DNA of 64,000 nucleotides, from assembly GCF_009914755.1 (NCBI RefSeq), contig NC_060938.1; one strand, given 5' to 3'. The DNA comes from the human T2T-CHM13v2.0 reference genome, Homo sapiens. Under the pieces are notes generated by a model that did not search any database, was not told the origin of the DNA, and saw only the letters and a program-made list of their open reading frames with translations. This document shows positions 11,501-24,500 of the stretch, in pieces. The translations under genes and the position numbers were made by a program. How positions within the stretch are numbered: the first letter of the stretch is position 1; every line of letters starts with the position of its first letter.

Positions 11501-14500
11501 AGTGTATCAAAACTGCTCTGTCAAAAGGAAGGTTCTTCTCTGTTAGGTGAGTGCATACGTCATAAAGGAGTTTCTGAGAATGTTTCTGTCTAGTGGTTAT
11601 GGGAAGATATTTGCTTTTTCACCGTAGGCCTCAGAGCGCTCCAAATATCCACTTGCACATACTACAAAAAGAGTGCTTCAAAGCTGCTCTCTGAAACGGA
11701 ATGTTCAACTCTATGAGTTGAATGCAAACATCGCAAAGACGTTTCTGAGAATGCTTCTGTCTAGATTTGATATGAAGATATTCCCGTTTCCAACGAAATC
11801 TTCAAATCTATCCAAATGTCCACTTGCAGATTCAACAAAAAGTGTTTTTCAGAACTGCTCTATCAAAAGAAAGATCCACCTCTGTTAGCTGAGTTCACAC
11901 ATCACAAACAAGTTTATGAGAATGCTTCTGTCTAGTTTTTATTTGAAGATATTTCCTTTCTCACCATAGAGCTGAAAGCTGTCCTAATGTTCACTTCCAG
12001 ATACTACAGAAAGAGTGTTTCAAAACTGCTGTACGAAAGGGAATGTTCAACTCTGTGACTTGAATGCACACATCACAAAGAAGTTTCTGAGGATGCTGCT
12101 GTCTACTTTTTATACGTAATCCCGTTTCCAACGAAATCCTCCAAGCTATCCAAATATCCACTTGCAGATTCCACAGAAAGACTGTTTCAAAACTGCTCTG
12201 TCAATAGAAAGGTTCAACTCTGTTAGCTGCATGCATATATCCCAAAGAAGATTCTGAGATTGCTTCTGTCTAGTTTTTATGGGAAGATATTTCCCTTTTC
12301 ACCGTAGGCGTCAAGGCGCTCCAAATGTCCACTTCCAGATACTACAAAAAGAGTGTTTCAAACCTACTCTGTGAAAGGGAATATTCAACTCTGTGACTTG
12401 AATGCACATATCACAAGGAAGTTTCTGAGAATGCTTCTGTCGAGATTTTATATGAAGATATTCCCGTTTCCAACGAAATCCTGAAATGTATCCAAATATC
12501 CCCTTGCAGATTCTACAAAAAGAGTGTTTCAAAACTGCTCTGTAAAAAGAAAGGTTCAACTCTGTTAGTTGAGTACACACATCACAAACAAGTTTCACAC
12601 AATGCTTCTTTCTAGCTTGTAGGGGAAGATATTCCCTTTATCACCATGGGCCTCAAACCGTCCGATAAGTCCACTTCCATATACTACAAAAAGAGCGTTT
12701 CAAACCTGCTCTATGAAAGGCAATGTTCAACTCTGTGACTTGAATGCAGACATCACAGAGCAGTTTCTGAGAATGCTTCTGTCTAGATTTTATAGGAAGA
12801 TATTCCCGTTTCCAACGAAATCTTCACAGCTATCCAAATATCCACTTGCAGATTCTACAAAAAGAGTGTATCAAAACTGCTCTGTCAAAAGGAAGGTTCT
12901 TCTCTGTTAGGTGAGTGCATACGTCATAAAGGAGTTTCTGAGAATGTTTCTGTCTAGTGGTTATGGGAAGATATTTGCTTTTTCACCGTAGGCCTCAGAG
13001 CGCTCCAAATATCCACTTGCACATACTACAAAAAGAGTGCCTCAAAGCTGCTCTCTGAAACGGAATGTTCAACTCTATGAGTTGAATGCAAACATCGCAA
13101 AGACGTTTCTGAGAATGCTTCTGTCTAGATTTGATATGAAGATATTCCCGTTTCCAACGAAATCTTCAAATCTATCCAAATGTCCACTTGCAGATTCAAC
13201 AAAAAGTGTTTTTCAGAACTGCTCTATCAAAAGAAAGATCCACCTCTGTTAGCTGAGTTCACACATCACAAACAAGTTTATGAGAATGCTTCTGTCTAGT
13301 TTTTATTTGAAGATATTTCCTTTCTCACCATAGAGCTGAAAGCTGTCCTAATGTTCACTTCCAGATACTACAGAAAGAGTGTTTCAAAACTGCTGTACGA
13401 AAGGGAATGTTCAACTATGTGACTTGAATGCACACATCACAAAGAAGTTTCTGAGGATGCTGCTGTCTACTTTTTATACGTAATCCCGTTTCCAACGAAA
13501 TCCTCCAAGCTATCCAAATATCCACTTGCAGATTCCACAGAAAGACTGTTTCAAAACTGCTCTGTCAATAGAAAGGTTCAACTCTGTTAGCTGCGTGCAT
13601 ATATCCCAAAGAAGATTCTGAGATTGCTTCTGTCTAGTTTTTATGGGAAGATATTTCCCTTTTCACCGTAGGCGTCAAGGCGCTCCAAATGTCCACTTCC
13701 AGATACTACAAAAAGAGTGTTTCAAACCTACTCTGTGAAAGGGAATATTCAACTCTGTGACTTGAATGCACATATCACAAAGAAGTTTCTGAGAATGCTT
13801 CTGTCGAGATTTTATATGAAGATATTCCCGTTTCCAACGAAATGCTGAAATCTATCCAAATATCCCCTCGCAGATTCTACGAAAAGAGTGTTTCAAAACT
13901 GCTCTGTGAAAAGAAAGGTTCAACTCTGTTAGTTGAGTACACACATCACAAACAAGTTTCACAGAATGCTTCTTTCTAGCTTGTAGGGGAAGATATTCCC
14001 TTTATCACCATGGGCCTCCAACCGTCCGAAACATCCACTTCCATATACTACAAAAAGAGCGTTTCAAACCTGCTCTATGAAAGGCAATGTTCAACTCTGT
14101 GACTTGAATGCAGACATCACAGAGCAGTTTCTGAGAATGCTTCTGTCTAGATTTTATAGGAAGATATTCCCGTTTCCAACGAAATCTTCACAGCTATCCA
14201 AATATCCACTTGCAGATTCTACAAAAAGAGTGTATCAAAACTGCTCTGTCAAAAGGAAGGTTCTTCTCTGTTAGGTGAGTGCATACGTCATAAAGGAGTT
14301 TCTGAGAATGTTTCTGTCTAGTGGTTATGGGAAGATATTTGCTTTTTCACCGTAGGCCTCAGAGCGCTCCAAATATCCACTTGCACATACTACAAAAAGA
14401 GTGCTTCAAAGCTGCTCTCTGAAACGGAATGTTCAACTCTATGAGTTGAATGCAAACATCGCAAAGACGTTTCTGAGAATGCTTCTGTCTAGATTTGATA

Positions 14501-17500
14501 TGAAGATATTCCCGTTTCCAACGAAATCTTCAAATCTATCCAAATGTCCACTTGCAGATTCAACAAAAAGTGTTTTTCAGAACTGCTCTATCAAAAGAAA
14601 GATCCACCTCTGTTAGCTGAGTTCACACATCACAAACAAGTTTATGAGAATGCTTCTGTCTAGTTTTTATTTGAAGATATTTCCTTTCTCACCATAGAGC
14701 TGAAAGCTGTCCTAATGTTCACTTCCAGATACTACAGAAAGAGTGTTTCAAAACTGCTGTACGAAAGGGAATGTTCAACTCTGTGACTTGAATGCACACA
14801 TCACAAAGAAGTTTCTGAGGATGCTGCTGTCTACTTTTTATACGTAATCCCGTTTCCAACGAAATCCTCCAAGCTATCCAAATATCCACTTGCAGATTCC
14901 ACAGAAAGACTGTTTCAAAACTGCTCTGTCAATAGAAAGGTTCAACTCTGTTAGCTGCGTGCATATATCCCAAAGAAGATTCTGAGATTGCTTCTGTCTA
15001 GTTTTTATGGGAAGATATTTCCCTTTTCACCGTAGGCGTCAAGGCGCTCCAAATGTCCACTTCCAGATACTACAAAAAGAGTGTTTCAAACCTACTCTGT
15101 GAAAGGGAATATTCAACTCTGTGACTTGAATGCACATATCACAAGGAAGTTTCTGAGAATGCTTCTGTCGAGATTTTATATGAAGATATTCCCGTTTCCA
15201 ACGAAATCCTGAAATGTATCCAAATATCCCCTTGCAGATTCTACAAAAAGAGTGTTTCAAAACTGCTCTGTAAAAAGAAAGGTTCAACTCTGTTAGTTGA
15301 GTACACACATCACAAACAAGTTTCACACAATGCTTCTTTCTAGCTTGTAGGGGAAGATATTCCCTTTATCACCATGGGCCTCCAACCGTCCGAAACATCC
15401 ACTTCCATATACTACAAAAAGAGCGTTTCAAACCTGCTCTATGAAAGGCAATGTTCAACTCTGTGACTTGAATGCAGACATCACAGAGCAGTTTCTGAGA
15501 ATGCTTCTGTCTAGATTTTATAGGAAGATATTCCCGTTTCCAACGAAATCTTCACAGCTATCCAAATATCCACTTGCAGATTCTACAAAAAGAGTGTATC
15601 AAAACTGCTCTGTCAAAAGGAAGGTTCTTTTCTGTTAGGTGAGTGCATACGTCATAAAGGAGTTTCTGAGAATGTTTCTGTCTAGTGGTTATGGGAAGAT
15701 ATTTGCTTTTTCACCGTAGGCCTCAGAGCGCTCCAAATATCCACTTGCACATACTACAAAAAGAGTGCCTCAAAGCTGCTCTCTGAAACGGAATGTTCAA
15801 CTCTATGAGTTGAATGCAAACATCGCAAAGACGTTTCTGAGAATGCTTCTGTCTAGATTTGATATGAAGATATTCCCGTTTCCAACGAAATCTTCAAATC
15901 TATCCAAATGTCCACTTGCAGATTCAACAAAAAGTGTTTTTCAGAACTGCTCTATCAAAAGAAAGATCCACCTCTGTTAGCTGAGTTCACACATCACAAA
16001 CAAGTTTATGAGAATGCTTCTGTCTAGTTTTTATTTGAAGATATTTCCTTTCTCACCATAGAGCTGAAAGCTGTCCTAATGTTCACTTCCAGATACTACA
16101 GAAAGAGTGTTTCAAAACTGCTGTACGAAAGGGAATGTTCAACTATGTGACTTGAATGCACACATCACAAAGAAGTTTCTGAGGATGCTGCTGTCTACTT
16201 TTTATACGTAATCCCGTTTCCAACGAAATCCTCCAAGCTATCCAAATATCCACTTGCAGATTCCACAGAAAGACTGTTTCAAAACTGCTCTGTCAATAGA
16301 AAGGTTCAACTCTGTTAGCTGCGTGCATATATCCCAAAGAAGATTCTGAGATTGCTTCTGTCTAGTTTTTATGGGAAGATATTTCCCTTTTCACCGTAGG
16401 CGTCAAGGCGCTCCAAATGTCCACTTCCAGATACTACAAAAAGAGTGTTTCAAACCTACTCTGTGAAAGGGAATATTCAACTCTGTGACTTGAATGCACA
16501 TATCACAAAGAAGTTTCTGAGAATGCTTCTGTCGAGATTTTATATGAAGATATTCCCGTTTCCAACGAAATGCTGAAATCTATCCAAATATCCCCTCGCA
16601 GATTCTACGAAAAGAGTGTTTCAAAACTGCTCTGTGAAAAGAAAGGTTCAACTCTGTTAGTTGAGTACACACATCACAAACAAGTTTCACAGAATGCTTC
16701 TTTCTAGCTTGTAGGGGAAGATATTCCCTTTATCACCATGGGCCTCCAACCGTCCGAAACATCCACTTCCATATACTACAAAAAGAGCGTTTCAAACCTG
16801 CTCTATGAAAGGCAATGTTCAACTCTGTGACTTGAATGCAGACATCACAGAGCAGTTTCTGAGAATGCTTCTGTCTAGATTTTATAGGAAGATATTCCCG
16901 TTTCCAACGAAATCTTCACAGCTATCCAAATATCCACTTGCAGATTCTACAAAAAGAGTGTATCAAAACTGCTCTGTCAAAAGGAAGGTTCTTCTCTGTT
17001 AGGTGAGTGCATACGTCATAAAGGAGTTTCTGAGAATGTTTCTGTCTAGTGGTTATGGGAAGATATTTGCTTTTTCACCGTAGGCCTCAGAGCGCTCCAA
17101 ATATCCACTTGCACATACTACAAAAAGAGTGCTTCAAAGCTGCTCTCTGAAACGGAATGTTCAACTCTATGAGTTGAATGCAAACATCGCAAAGACGTTT
17201 CTGAGAATGCTTCTGTCTAGATTTGATATGAAGATATTCCCGTTTCCAACGAAATCTTCAAATCTATCCAAATGTCCACTTGCAGATTCAACAAAAAGTG
17301 TTTTTCAGAACTGCTCTATCAAAAGAAAGATCCACCTCTGTTAGCTGAGTTCACACATCACAAACAAGTTTATGAGAATGCTTCTGTCTAGTTTTTATTT
17401 GAAGATATTTCCTTTCTCACCATAGAGCTGAAAGCTGTCCTAATGTTCACTTCCAGATACTACAGAAAGAGTGTTTCAAAACTGCTGTACGAAAGGGAAT

Positions 17501-19096
17501 GTTCAACTCTGTGACTTGAATGCACACATCACAAAGAAGTTTCTGAGGATGCTGCTGTCTACTTTTTATACGTAATCCCGTTTCCAACGAAATCCTCCAA
17601 GCTATCCAAATATCCACTTGCAGATTCCACAGAAAGACTGTTTCAAAACTGCTCTGTCAATAGAAAGGTTCAACTCTGTTAGCTGCGTGCATATATCCCA
17701 AAGAAGATTCTGAGATTGCTTCTGTCTAGTTTTTATGGGAAGATATTTCCCTTTTCACCGTAGGCGTCAAGGCGCTCCAAATGTCCACTTCCAGATACTA
17801 CAAAAAGAGTGTTTCAAACCTACTCTGTGAAAGGGAATATTCAACTCTGTGACTTGAATGCACATATCACAAGGAAGTTTCTGAGAATGCTTCTGTCGAG
17901 ATTTTATATGAAGATATTCCCGTTTCCAACGAAATCCTGAAATGTATCCAAATATCCCCTTGCAGATTCTACAAAAAGAGTGTTTCAAAACTGCTCTGTA
18001 AAAAGAAAGGTTCAACTCTGTTAGTTGAGTACACACATCACAAACAAGTTTCACACAATGCTTCTTTCTAGCTTGTAGGGGAAGATATTCCCTTTATCAC
18101 CATGGGCCTCCAACCGTCCGAAACATCCACTTCCATATACTACAAAAAGAGCGTTTCAAACCTGCTCTATGAAAGGCAATGTTCAACTCTGTGACTTGAA
18201 TGCAGACATCACAGAGCAGTTTCTGAGAATGCTTCTGTCTAGATTTTATAGGAAGATATTCCCGTTTCCAACGAAATCTTCACAGCTATCCAAATATCCA
18301 CTTGCAGATTCTACAAAAAGAGTGTATCAAAACTGCTCTGTCAAAAGGAAGGTTCTTTTCTGTTAGGTGAGTGCATACGTCATAAAGGAGTTTCTGAGAA
18401 TGTTTCTGTCTAGTGGTTATGGGAAGATATTTGCTTTTTCACCGTAGGCCTCAGAGCGCTCCAAATATCCACTTGCACATACTACAAAAAGAGTGCCTCA
18501 AAGCTGCTCTCTGAAACGGAATGTTCAACTCTATGAGTTGAATGCAAACATCGCAAAGACGTTTCTGAGAATGCTTCTGTCTAGATTTGATATGAAGATA
18601 TTCCCGTTTCCAACGAAATCTTCAAATCTATCCAAATGTCCACTTGCAGATTCAACAAAAAGTGTTTTTCAGAACTGCTCTATCAAAAGAAAGATCCACC
18701 TCTGTTAGCTGAGTTCACACATCACAAACAAGTTTATGAGAATGCTTCTGTCTAGTTTTTATTTGAAGATATTTCCTTTCTCACCATAGAGCTGAAAGCT
18801 GTCCTAATGTTCACTTCCAGATACTACAGAAAGAGTGTTTCAAAACTGCTGTACGAAAGGGAATGTTCAACTCTGTGACTTGAATGCACACATCACAAAG
18901 AAGTTTCTGAGGATGCTGCTGTCTACTTTTTATACGTAATCCCGTTTCCAACGAAATCCTCCAAGCTATCCAAATATCCACTTGCAGATTCCACAGAAAG
19001 ACTGTTTCAAAACTGCTCTGTCAATAGAAAGGTTCAACTCTGTTAGCTGCGTGCATATATCCCAAAGAAGATTCTGAGATTGCTTCTGTCTAGTTT

Positions 19097-22000
19097 TTAT
19101 GGGAAGATATTTCCCTTTTCACCGTAGGCGTCAAGGCGCTCCAAATGTCCACTTCCAGATACTACAAAAAGAGTGTTTCAAACCTACTCTGTGAAAGGGA
19201 ATATTCAACTCTGTGACTTGAATGCACATATCACAAAGAAGTTTCTGAGAATGCTTCTGTCGAGATTTTATATGAAGATATTCCCGTTTCCAACGAAATG
19301 CTGAAATCTATCCAAATATCCCCTCGCAGATTCTACAAAAAGAGTGTTTCAAAACTGCTCTGTGAAAAGAAAGGTTCAACTCTGTTAGTTGAGTACACAC
19401 ATCACAAACAAGTTTCACAGAATGCTTCTTTCTAGCTTGTAGGGGAAGATATTCCCTTTATCACCATGGGCCTCCAACCGTCCGAAACATCCACTTCCAT
19501 ATACTACAAAAAGAGCGTTTCAAACCTGCTCTATGAAAGGCAATGTTCAACTCTGTGACTTGAATGCAGACATCACAGAGCAGTTTCTGAGAATGCTTCT
19601 GTCTAGATTTTATAGGAAGATATTCCCGTTTCCAACGAAATCTTCACAGCTATCCAAATATCCACTTGCAGATTCTACAAAAAGAGTGCATCAAAACTGC
19701 TCTGTCAAAAGGAAGGTTCTTCTCTGTTAGGTGAGTGCATACGTCATAAAGGAGTTTCTGAGAATGTTTCTGTCTAGTGGTTATGGGAAGATATTTGCTT
19801 TTTCACCGTAGGCCTCAGAGCGCTCCAAATATCCACTTGCACATACTACAAAAAGAGTGCTTCAAAGCTGCTCTCTGAAACGGAATGTTCAACTCTATGA
19901 GTTGAATGCAAACATCACAAAGACGTTTCTGAGAATGCTTCTGTCTAGATTTGATATGAAGATATTCCCGTTTCCAACGAAATCTTCAAATCTATCCAAA
20001 TGTCCACTTGCAGATTCAACAAAAAGTGTTTTTCAGAACTGCTCTATCAAAAGAAAGATCCACCTCTGTTAGCTGAGTTCACACATCACAAACAAGTTTA
20101 TGAGAATGCTTCTGTCTAGTTTTTATTTGAAGATATTTCCTTTCTCACCATAGAGCTGAAAGCTGTCCTAATGTTCACTTCCAGATACTACAGAAAGAGT
20201 GTTTCAAAACTGCTGTACGAAAGGGAATGTTCAACTCTGTGACTTGAATGCACACATCACAAAGAAGTTTCTGAGGATGCTGCTGTCTACTTTTTATACG
20301 TAATCCCGTTTCCAACGAAATCCTCCAAGCTATCCAAATATCCACTTGCAGATTCCACAGAAAGACTGTTTCAAAACTGCTCTGTCAATAGAAAGGTTCA
20401 ACTCTGTTAGCTGCATGCATATATCCCAAAGAAGATTCTGAGATTGCTTCTGTCTAGTTTTTATGGGAAGATATTTCCCTTTTCACCGTAGGCGTCAAGG
20501 CGCTCCAAATGTCCACTTCCAGATACTACAAAAAGAGTGTTTCAAACCTACTCTGTGAAAGGGAATATTCAACTCTGTGACTTGAATGCACATATCACAA
20601 GGAAGTTTCTGAGAATGCTTCTGTCGAGATTTTATATGAAGATATTCCCGTTTCCAACGAAATCCTGAAATGTATCCAAATATCCCCTTGCAGATTCTAC
20701 AAAAAGAGTGTTTCAAAACTGCTCTGTAAAAAGAAAGGTTCAACTCTGTTAGTTGAGTACACACATCACAAACAAGTTTCACACAATGCTTCTTTCTAGC
20801 TTGTAGGGGAAGATATTCCCTTTATCACCATGGGCCTCAAACCGTCCGATAAGTCCACTTCCATATACTACAAAAAGAGCGTTTCAAACCTGCTCTATGA
20901 AAGGCAATGTTCAACTCTGTGACTTGAATGCAGACATCACAGAGCAGTTTCTGAGAATGCTTCTGTCTAGATTTTATAGGAAGATATTCCCGTTTCCAAC
21001 GAAATCTTCACAGCTATCCAAATATCCACTTGCAGATTCTACAAAAAGAGTGTATCAAAACTGCTCTGTCAAAAGGAAGGTTCTTTTCTGTTAGGTGAGT
21101 GCATACGTCATAAAGGAGTTTCTGAGAATGTTTCTGTCTAGTGGTTATGGGAAGATATTTGCTTTTTCACCGTAGGCCTCAGAGCGCTCCAAATATCCAC
21201 TTGCACATACTACAAAAAGAGTGCCTCAAAGCTGCTCTCTGAAACGGAATGTTCAACTCTATGAGTTGAATGCAAACATCGCAAAGACGTTTCTGAGAAT
21301 GCTTCTGTCTAGATTTGATATGAAGATATTCCCGTTTCCAACGAAATCTTCAAATCTATCCAAATGTCCACTTGCAGATTCAACAAAAAGTGTTTTTCAG
21401 AACTGCTCTATCAAAAGAAAGATCCACCTCTGTTAGCTGAGTTCACACATCACAAACAAGTTTATGAGAATGCTTCTGTCTAGTTTTTATTTGAAGATAT
21501 TTCCTTTCTCACCATAGAGCTGAAAGCTGTCCTAATGTTCACTTCCAGATACTACAGAAAGAGTGTTTCAAAACTGCTGTACGAAAGGGAATGTTCAACT
21601 CTGTGACTTGAATGCACACATCACAAAGAAGTTTCTGAGGATGCTGCTGTCTACTTTTTATACGTAATCCCGTTTCCAACGAAATCCTCCAAGCTATCCA
21701 AATATCCACTTGCAGATTCCACAGAAAGACTGTTTCAAAACTGCTCTGTCAATAGAAAGGTTCAACTCTGTTAGCTGCGTGCATATATCCCAAAGAAGAT
21801 TCTGAGATTGCTTCTGTCTAGTTTTTATGGGAAGATATTTCCCTTTTCACCGTAGGCGTCAAGGCGCTCCAAATGTCCACTTCCAGATACTACAAAAAGA
21901 GTGTTTCAAACCTACTCTGTGAAAGGGAATATTCAACTCTGTGACTTGAATGCACATATCACAAAGAAGTTTCTGAGAATGCTTCTGTCGAGATTTTATA

Positions 22001-24500
22001 TGAAGATATTCCCGTTTCCAACGAAATGCTGAAATCTATCCAAATATCCCCTCGCAGATTCTACAAAAAGAGTGTTTCAAAACTGCTCTGTGAAAAGAAA
22101 GGTTCAACTCTGTTAGTTGAGTACACACATCACAAACAAGTTTCACAGAATGCTTCTTTCTAGCTTGTAGGGGAAGATATTCCCTTTATCACCATGGGCC
22201 TCCAACCGTCCGAAACATCCACTTCCATATACTACAAAAAGAGCGTTTCAAACCTGCTCTATGAAAGGCAATGTTCAACTCTGTGACTTGAATGCAGACA
22301 TCACAGAGCAGTTTCTGAGAATGCTTCTGTCTAGATTTTATAGGAAGATATTCCCGTTTCCAACGAAATCTTCACAGCTATCCAAATATCCACTTGCAGA
22401 TTCTACAAAAAGAGTGCATCAAAACTGCTCTGTCAAAAGGAAGGTTCTTCTCTGTTAGGTGAGTGCATACGTCATAAAGGAGTTTCTGAGAATGTTTCTG
22501 TCTAGTGGTTATGGGAAGATATTTGCTTTTTCACCGTAGGCCTCAGAGCGCTCCAAATATCCACTTGCACATACTACAAAAAGAGTGCTTCAAAGCTGCT
22601 CTCTGAAACGGAATGTTCAACTCTATGAGTTGAATGCAAACATCACAAAGACGTTTCTGAGAATGCTTCTGTCTAGATTTGATATGAAGATATTCCCGTT
22701 TCCAACGAAATCTTCAAATCTATCCAAATGTCCACTTGCAGATTCAACAAAAAGTGTTTTTCAGAACTGCTCTATCAAAAGAAAGATCCACCTCTGTTAG
22801 CTGAGTTCACACATCACAAACAAGTTTATGAGAATGCTTCTGTCTAGTTTTTATTTGAAGATATTTCCTTTCTCACCATAGAGCTGAAAGCTGTCCTAAT
22901 GTTCACTTCCAGATACTACAGAAAGAGTGTTTCAAAACTGCTGTACGAAAGGGAATGTTCAACTCTGTGACTTGAATGCACACATCACAAAGAAGTTTCT
23001 GAGGATGCTGCTGTCTACTTTTTATACGTAATCCCGTTTCCAACGAAATCCTCCAAGCTATCCAAATATCCACTTGCAGATTCCACAGAAAGACTGTTTC
23101 AAAACTGCTCTGTCAATAGAAAGGTTCAACTCTGTTAGCTGCATGCATATATCCCAAAGAAGATTCTGAGATTGCTTCTGTCTAGTTTTTATGGGAAGAT
23201 ATTTCCCTTTTCACCGTAGGCGTCAAGGCGCTCCAAATGTCCACTTCCAGATACTACAAAAAGAGTGTTTCAAACCTACTCTGTGAAAGGGAATATTCAA
23301 CTCTGTGACTTGAATGCACATATCACAAGGAAGTTTCTGAGAATGCTTCTGTCGAGATTTTATATGAAGATATTCCCGTTTCCAACGAAATCCTGAAATG
23401 TATCCAAATATCCCCTTGCAGATTCTACAAAAAGAGTGTTTCAAAACTGCTCTGTAAAAAGAAAGGTTCAACTCTGTTAGTTGAGTACACACATCACAAA
23501 CAAGTTTCACACAATGCTTCTTTCTAGCTTGTAGGGGAAGATATTCCCTTTATCACCATGGGCCTCAAACCGTCCGATAAGTCCACTTCCATATACTACA
23601 AAAAGAGCGTTTCAAACCTGCTCTATGAAAGGCAATGTTCAACTCTGTGACTTGAATGCAGACATCACAGAGCAGTTTCTGAGAATGCTTCTGTCTAGAT
23701 TTTATAGGAAGATATTCCCGTTTCCAACGAAATCTTCACAGCTATCCAAATATCCACTTGCAGATTCTACAAAAAGAGTGTATCAAAACTGCTCTGTCAA
23801 AAGGAAGGTTCTTTTCTGTTAGGTGAGTGCATACGTCATAAAGGAGTTTCTGAGAATGTTTCTGTCTAGTGGTTATGGGAAGATATTTGCTTTTTCACCG
23901 TAGGCCTCAGAGCGCTCCAAATATCCACTTGCACATACTACAAAAAGAGTGCCTCAAAGCTGCTCTCTGAAACGGAATGTTCAACTCTATGAGTTGAATG
24001 CAAACATCGCAAAGACGTTTCTGAGAATGCTTCTGTCTAGATTTGATATGAAGATATTCCCGTTTCCAACGAAATCTTCAAATCTATCCAAATGTCCACT
24101 TGCAGATTCAACAAAAAGTGTTTTTCAGAACTGCTCTATCAAAAGAAAGATCCACCTCTGTTAGCTGAGTTCACACATCACAAACAAGTTTATGAGAATG
24201 CTTCTGTCTAGTTTTTATTTGAAGATATTTCCTTTCTCACCATAGAGCTGAAAGCTGTCCTAATGTTCACTTCCAGATACTACAGAAAGAGTGTTTCAAA
24301 ACTGCTGTACGAAAGGGAATGTTCAACTCTGTGACTTGAATGCACACATCACAAAGAAGTTTCTGAGGATGCTGCTGTCTACTTTTTATACGTAATCCCG
24401 TTTCCAACGAAATCCTCCAAGCTATCCAAATATCCACTTGCAGATTCCACAGAAAGACTGTTTCAAAACTGCTCTGTCAATAGAAAGGTTCAACTCTGTT
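19097..24500. repeat. Tandem duplication of a 2-HOR (2728 bp) Y-X block
   Basis: The rare variant GAGTGCATC occurs at 19689 and 22417 (+2728), and haplotype markers match across both pairs. Boundaries are approximate. Confidence 0.7.
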
